The notes below the pieces were generated by a model. It was not told where the DNA came from. It did not search any database and saw nothing but the letters and a program-made list of their open reading frames with translations. From Chlamydiota bacterium (lineage in GTDB: Bacteria > Chlamydiota > Chlamydiia > Chlamydiales > SM23-39), in the NCBI GenBank assembly GCA_039179045.1, contig JBCDEZ010000041.1, positions 1 through 11,166 on the forward strand: DNA of 11,166 nt, read 5' to 3'. Positions 6,672 through 11,166 of this stretch are shown piece by piece (the first letter of the stretch is position 1; the number at the start of each line of letters is the position of its first letter). The translations under genes and the position numbers were made by a program.

Positions 6672-7774
6672 TTGCCTCCTTGCACGACCAAAAGCAAGCG
6701 AATAATTTTTCGCTCTATCTCCGTAACCAGGGCATTGCCAATACCTGTGAGGTCCACTTCGATCCCTCTATTGAACAAATTGTGTGCAAGATTTGGGTGC
6801 ATGATGAAGATGAGTTGCCTAAGGCCAATACTCTTTATGAGGAATTTCAACGAGATCCAAACGATCCAAAATACCAGCTCTACACGCTGCAGTCTGAATC
6901 CACCCTTTCTGCGATCAAAAATCCCAATTACGGAAAAAAAACGCAGAAAAAAGAATCATCTTTAGGATTGGTCGCCTTCATTCTTCTCCTTTGCGTAGGA
7001 ATTTTTCTCGGAAACCTTTTCCAGCAGAATCAAAAAGAAGAGGGTCAGATCCGCTATCCGCTCATCACGCCTGTGCAAAAGTGGCTACTTTTCGATATAC
7101 CACCTGCCCTCATTGCGCTCGACCGCGCATTTTTTGCGTACGATATCACACCAAGTACGCGTCTTGAAGATCTCAGTCCAGAGGCGAAAAAGGCGCTCAC
7201 TACCGCAAAATCTTTGCCCTATTTTCAGGGGTTTTATAACTATGCTCTTGCCTCCATCCAGCAAAAGCCTATCCCAAGCGGGCCCCTTTTTGTTGCCCTC
7301 CGCAAAGGGCAGGTGTGGCGCCTGTTTACTCCCGCGATTTTGCATAGAGATTTGTTGCATATTCTTTTCAACATGCTTTGGCTTTGGCTGCTTGGCAAAC
7401 AGATGGAAAAGCGTCTCTCCACGCTACAGCTACTTATTTTTATTCTCATCACTGGATCGATTGCAAATACCTGCCAGTATTTGATGAGCGGTCCGATGTT
7501 TCTAGGATTTTCTGGGGTCATCATGGCAATGGCCGGCTTCATCTGGATGCGTCAGCGGATTGCTCCTTGGGAGGGATACCCCATCGCAAAAAGCACGTTT
7601 GTCTTCCTAACTTTTTTTGTCTTCGCTATGGTAGCTTTACAGTTGGCCTCGTTTTTCTTGGAAATATCGGGTCGCTCATTTCTATTCAATATTGCCAATA
7701 CTGCGCACATTGCAGGTGGTGTTGCCGGCGCTCTTCTTGGAAGGAGCAATTTTTTCGCTTGGAGAATTTCTTGA
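6662..7774 (+). CDS. glpG: Rhomboid intramembrane serine protease, GlpG-like, with N-terminal cytoplasmic domain
   Basis: The N-terminus resembles the GlpG NRho domain (MRMIASL..ANNFSLYLRNQGI..IWVHDE..EFQRDPNDPKY). It has WRLFTPAILH, HILFNMLWLWLLG, catalytic GFSG and AHIAGGVAG motifs, and about six transmembrane segments. Start is 6662 or 6668. Confidence 0.92.
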   Translation: MRMIASLHDQKQANNFSLYLRNQGIANTCEVHFDPSIEQIVCKIWVHDEDELPKANTLYEEFQRDPNDPKYQLYTLQSESTLSAIKNPNYGKKTQKKESSLGLVAFILLLCVGIFLGNLFQQNQKEEGQIRYPLITPVQKWLLFDIPPALIALDRAFFAYDITPSTRLEDLSPEAKKALTTAKSLPYFQGFYNYALASIQQKPIPSGPLFVALRKGQVWRLFTPAILHRDLLHILFNMLWLWLLGKQMEKRLSTLQLLIFILITGSIANTCQYLMSGPMFLGFSGVIMAMAGFIWMRQRIAPWEGYPIAKSTFVFLTFFVFAMVALQLASFFLEISGRSFLFNIANTAHIAGGVAGALLGRSNFFAWRIS

Positions 7775-8676
7775 GCAAGAAAGAACTAATAGCTCTTGGC
7801 ACATCGAGTCAGCAGCCTACTCGTTTTCGTAGCCATGGAGCTTATCTTGTGCGGATGTGCCAAGAGGGCTTTTTATTTGATCCTGGCGAAGGTACGCAAA
7901 GGCAGTTCATTTTCGCCGAAGTGGCCCCTACATCAGTTACACACATATTCATCAGCCACTTCCATGGAGACCACTGTTTGGGTGTAGGCTCCATGCTCAT
8001 GCGCCTCAATCTAGATCGCGTGGAGCATCCAGTTCGTTGCTACTTCCCAGCAAGTGGCGCGCAGAATTTCACGTATCTGAGAAAGGCATGCCTGTATCAT
8101 GAAAACATTTCCGTAGAGGAGCACCCGATTGAGCAGGCAGGCGTTTTCCTCGAAACCGATACTTACACAGTCCGAGCCGAGCCATTAGAGCACGGCGTGC
8201 CTACCTTAGGATACCGGATTGAGGAGAAACCGCGTAGAAAATTCGATCCTCGCAAACTCCATGCTTTTGGTGTCCGAGGGCCTCTTGTAAAAGCACTCCA
8301 AGAACAAGGACGCCTGCAAATAGGGGACAAGACTGTTACCCTTGAAGAGGTCTCATGGGTGCAGGAGGGAGATGTATTCGCTTATGTACTCGATACGCTG
8401 AGCTGTGAAAATGCAGTTCGCCTAGCCGAAGGAGCGAGTATGATCTTAGCAGAGAGCACCTATTTGCACGGGCAAGAAGAGCTCGCGAAAAAATACCTCC
8501 ATATGACCGCTCAGCAGGCAGCTCTTATTGCTCAACGCGCCTCTGCAAAAAAGCTTATTTTGACGCATTTTTCCGCTCGCTACAGGGATGTCACTCTCTT
8601 TGAAGAAGAGGCAAGGCAGGTATTTCCTGAGTCGTATGCAGCAAGGGATTTGAGTAGATTTGCCTTTCCTAGTTGA
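7771..8676 (+). CDS. rnz: Ribonuclease Z (tRNase Z / ElaC), 301 aa
   Basis: TTG at 7771 overlaps the glpG TGA (TTGA), with GGAGA upstream. LGTSSQQPTR, FDPGEGTQRQ, HFHGDH metallo-beta-lactamase motif, exosite GVRGP, ESTY, HMT and LILTHFSARY. Confidence 0.96.
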   Translation: MSKKELIALGTSSQQPTRFRSHGAYLVRMCQEGFLFDPGEGTQRQFIFAEVAPTSVTHIFISHFHGDHCLGVGSMLMRLNLDRVEHPVRCYFPASGAQNFTYLRKACLYHENISVEEHPIEQAGVFLETDTYTVRAEPLEHGVPTLGYRIEEKPRRKFDPRKLHAFGVRGPLVKALQEQGRLQIGDKTVTLEEVSWVQEGDVFAYVLDTLSCENAVRLAEGASMILAESTYLHGQEELAKKYLHMTAQQAALIAQRASAKKLILTHFSARYRDVTLFEEEARQVFPESYAARDLSRFAFPS

Positions 8677-9204
8677 CTCCACTTTCTCCTACCATTTTTT
8701 CGGCTCCTTTTTATCTATACCCACCTTGACCGAAGAATTGTGCAAGGAAATTCTCCAGAAACAAAAAGGAGGGGTCTTGGGAGAGTTTATCCCACACATT
8801 TCCAAGGTTTTCCACGAAGTGAAGAAACGGATTACAAATCGCTTTTTATCTCTATTCTGCTGTCTGTCTAGCTCAATTCTTCAACTGAAATGGGTGTAGA
8901 ACTTTTCTACATATCACGCACGCTTTTTCCTAGGAGATTTTTTTTGCTGTAGACCTTTCCGCAAAGAGCCTGTTGAAAGCGTTTCGCTATTCACGTTGAG
9001 CAAGACTCTTCTATTTCCAGATTTTCCTCGGGCTATACACTCCTGTTCCTCCTCTTGCATCTCCACCTTTAGGAAGCTTGCTTAGGGCTTAATTCTGGTT
9101 TTTCTTAAGTTGAGAAATTGTAAATGTATGGTTTGTTTGGATAAAAATCTTTTATTAAATAATTTAAGCATGCTAAAGTTCGCGAAAAAAAATTGGTCAA
9201 CTAT

Positions 9205-9774
9205 ATGCGTATTCATCTTTCTTTTTTTTCTTCCCCAACGTGGGATTATGCGCGCCACTCTTCTGAGAAGGCTTGCGATTTTCTTTTGGAGAAAACCCAT
9301 GGCCTCTGGCGAAAGATTCGGCCTTACCTCGTAACTTTCTACTGCTATTGCTCTCTATTTTTCCCCCAAAGTTTGCTCCACTCTTTCGCAGTTCCTTTTG
9401 TTTTTATCAACAATTTCCTTGTTCGCTCTTCTATGGATCGTAGAGAACGAGAGGGCCAGGCGCAAGAACAAGAGTTGAAGGTCAAAATGCAAGAAAGTAT
9501 GCAACGTGATCTCAAAAAGATTGCGGATGTCTGCCAGCAAAAAGAGACAAAACGCCAGCGAATTGAGGAACTGAAAAAAACACAAGAAGAGCAACAGAAA
9601 AAACAGGAGCAGATGCAAAAGAGGCTTGAAAAAACACGAAAGGAAAATAGCGCACTAGAGGCAAGGCTGGCTGATCTTCGGCTACTTCTAAATGGGAAGA
9701 AGTTTTCTCCAGAGCAGCGCGCAGCTTTTCAAGCGCTTTTCCGACGTTCTACACCATCCCCGCAAGGGAGGTAA
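9205..9774 (+). CDS. Hypothetical protein with a hydrophobic segment and a long coiled coil (Inc-like candidate)
   Basis: 189-aa ORF from ATG 9205 (TTG 9193 is an alternative). A 33-aa hydrophobic stretch at 9325-9423 is followed by an E/Q/K/R-rich heptad region. AT-rich promoter-like sequence upstream and a strong hairpin downstream. Confidence 0.75.
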   Translation: MRIHLSFFSSPTWDYARHSSEKACDFLLEKTHGLWRKIRPYLVTFYCYCSLFFPQSLLHSFAVPFVFINNFLVRSSMDRREREGQAQEQELKVKMQESMQRDLKKIADVCQQKETKRQRIEELKKTQEEQQKKQEQMQKRLEKTRKENSALEARLADLRLLLNGKKFSPEQRAAFQALFRRSTPSPQGR

Positions 9775-9780
9775 GGGAAG

Positions 9781-9934
9781 TCTGATTTTTTTCTCAAGAA
9801 AGTGCAATTACTTAGTTAGCCCTCCCAAAACAACTCTTTTTGGGAGGGCTTTATCGGGAACAGGAATAGAGCGTAGAAAGAGCAAAAATCTCAAATTTTT
9901 TCCTCGAAAACTACTTTCAGCCGCTTTTTGCAAG
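9781..9934. repeat. Dispersed intergenic repeat, locus 2 (degenerate A + module B at 9781-9860, then module A at 9870-9934)
   Basis: Same alignments as for copy 1. 9781-9824 (TCTGATTTTTTTCTCAAGAAA..TTAGCCCTC) also resembles 1187-1223 (TCTCGAATTTTTTCCTGAAAAA..TTAGCCCTC), suggesting a decayed tandem arrangement. Confidence 0.7.
9818..9850 (+). terminator. 13-bp perfect hairpin between convergent genes (probable terminator, also part of the repeat module B)
   Basis: AGCCCTCCCAAAA (9818-9830) / TTTTGGGAGGGCT (9838-9850), 7-nt loop, 43 nt after the TAA at 9774. The U tail is short. Confidence 0.65.
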
Positions 9935-10042
9935 TTCAACTACTTATTTTTGTTCCTCGCTCTTTGAAGCTCCAGCTCTTTATTGCAAAGAAGAACTGAT
10001 GGAAGAACAAACAAAAATTTCATGACGACACAATCTCACGAT

Positions 10043-11166
10043 CTAAAGCGTGGGTATCCCGTTCGCTTTTTCCAGTATCCATAGTATTTCCGCAAAATCG
10101 ACATACTCTAAGATGGTATCGAAAATGCCCTTCAACTCCCGCAATGGGCGAAGGCAACCATCTCGAATACTTTCTTCGTAGCTTTGCATTCGTGCGGCGC
10201 CCTTTTGCAGTCGTTGGATCTGTTCTACGATCCGATTCTCCCTTTGTGTACGCTCATCTTGTCTGAGAAAAGAGGGAATTCTTGCCACAGTTTCCTCTCG
10301 CAAATGAGGCAAGCAACGAGCGAGCTGTTGGCGCGCCTCGGGAGTTAAGCGGCTCATCAGATAGTAAGCCACATCGTGCAAGGCAAAGCGCTTTGACGTC
10401 TCTTCCTCCCATAGGGGTTGGACGATTTGGTAGAGATGCTTGCTTGCGTAGAGGCGAGATACGTCGGTTGTTTTGTCTTTCTGTACTGCAGAACAGAGTA
10501 GGTGCAAGAAATAGGCTGGAGGAATTTTTTGCATTTCTTCAGGTAACAAAAAACCCTCCTGCATCTGCAGCAACCAGATCGATGCAAGTTCTTCTTGGTA
10601 TTGCTTCTTCGGGGAAAGTGCGTGCAATTGCTGGTACTGATTGCAAACGAGTTCAAAGGGCAGGTTGCTTCTTATTTTTCCTGCAATTTTGTACAGCTCA
10701 AAAAAGCACTTTCGATTCTGGGAAAAGTAGTGAGGGGCCTGCGGAAAGAGGGATAAAAAATGGACAACAGCCGCAAAACAGCGTGGTTGCACCGCAAATA
10801 CATGGGTATTGTTTAACAAACGGTTGAATAGGGCGCTCGTGGTATTTTTCTCTAGACGGGTTAATTTGTGCCATAGGAGCTTTTTTGGAGTTTTTGCTAA
10901 TCGACATACGATTCTTTCAAAATGCGCTCCATCGTTGCTGTCTAGAGCAGAAAAGGCCGAAAATATGAGCTTATGGATGTCTCCTAGATCCTCGATAGGG
11001 GTACTTATTCTTGTAGGAGAGCTAACCCGGCCTCGCTTGGTTGAGCGATTTTTAATTGGTGGCGGGGGTCTTTTGTAAGCTTTCCAGCGAGAATTTGCTC
11101 GGAGAGAAAAACGATTCTTCGTTGAACAAAGATGGGTTCTCCTTGCGCTCAATTGAGACGAATTGC
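10043..11166 (-). CDS. Hypothetical protein (at least 369 aa, probably 5'-truncated by the window edge)
   Basis: Long ORF ending at TAG 10043-10045. The frame stays open from the TTG at 11152 to the window end (..NSSQLSARR..). S/R/K/P-rich N-terminus, predicted helical body and a coiled-coil-like C-terminal region. No family recognised. Confidence 0.75.
   Translation of the reverse strand, partial: NSSQLSARRTHLCSTKNRFSLRANSRWKAYKRPPPPIKNRSTKRGRVSSPTRISTPIEDLGDIHKLIFSAFSALDSNDGAHFERIVCRLAKTPKKLLWHKLTRLEKNTTSALFNRLLNNTHVFAVQPRCFAAVVHFLSLFPQAPHYFSQNRKCFFELYKIAGKIRSNLPFELVCNQYQQLHALSPKKQYQEELASIWLLQMQEGFLLPEEMQKIPPAYFLHLLCSAVQKDKTTDVSRLYASKHLYQIVQPLWEEETSKRFALHDVAYYLMSRLTPEARQQLARCLPHLREETVARIPSFLRQDERTQRENRIVEQIQRLQKGAARMQSYEESIRDGCLRPLRELKGIFDTILEYVDFAEILWILEKANGIPTL

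Noticed and set aside
7378..7770. 432-aa ORF-track version of RNase Z with a long N-terminal extension
   Set aside because: The extension is an alternative frame of the rhomboid gene. RNase Z homology begins at TTG 7771, which has a Shine-Dalgarno and a TTGA overlap.
1500..9774. Genome-wide reassignment of TAA to a sense codon
   Set aside because: There is only one internal TAA in about 9 kb of coding sequence, and TAA appears to act as the stop at 1500-1502 and 9772-9774.

Overview
Chromosomal window from a member of the Chlamydiota, most likely an environmental (non-Chlamydiaceae) lineage. The evidence is the chlamydial-type RpsU and RNase Z sequences and the dnaJ-rpsU-tsaB / lon...rnz gene order that I recall from Chlamydia. 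From left to right it contains: a possible gene 3' end; a frameshifted tag (3-methyladenine DNA glycosylase I); dnaJ with an in-frame TAA 19 codons before its apparent natural end; rpsU; tsaB; a divergent, overlapping lon-rfaE2(hldC-like)-glpG-rnz operon; an Inc-like hydrophobic plus coiled-coil protein; and a convergent orphan protein that runs off the window end. The non-coding signals are a CIRCE (HrcA operator) overlapping a predicted dnaJ promoter, several sigma66-like promoters, a strong hairpin, and a dispersed modular intergenic repeat (about 1168-1257 and 9781-9934). I see no CRISPR, tRNA/rRNA, transposase or clearly new multi-gene system. The most interesting points are the dnaJ CIRCE, the dnaJ internal stop with its downstream hairpin, the repeat family and the operon composition.
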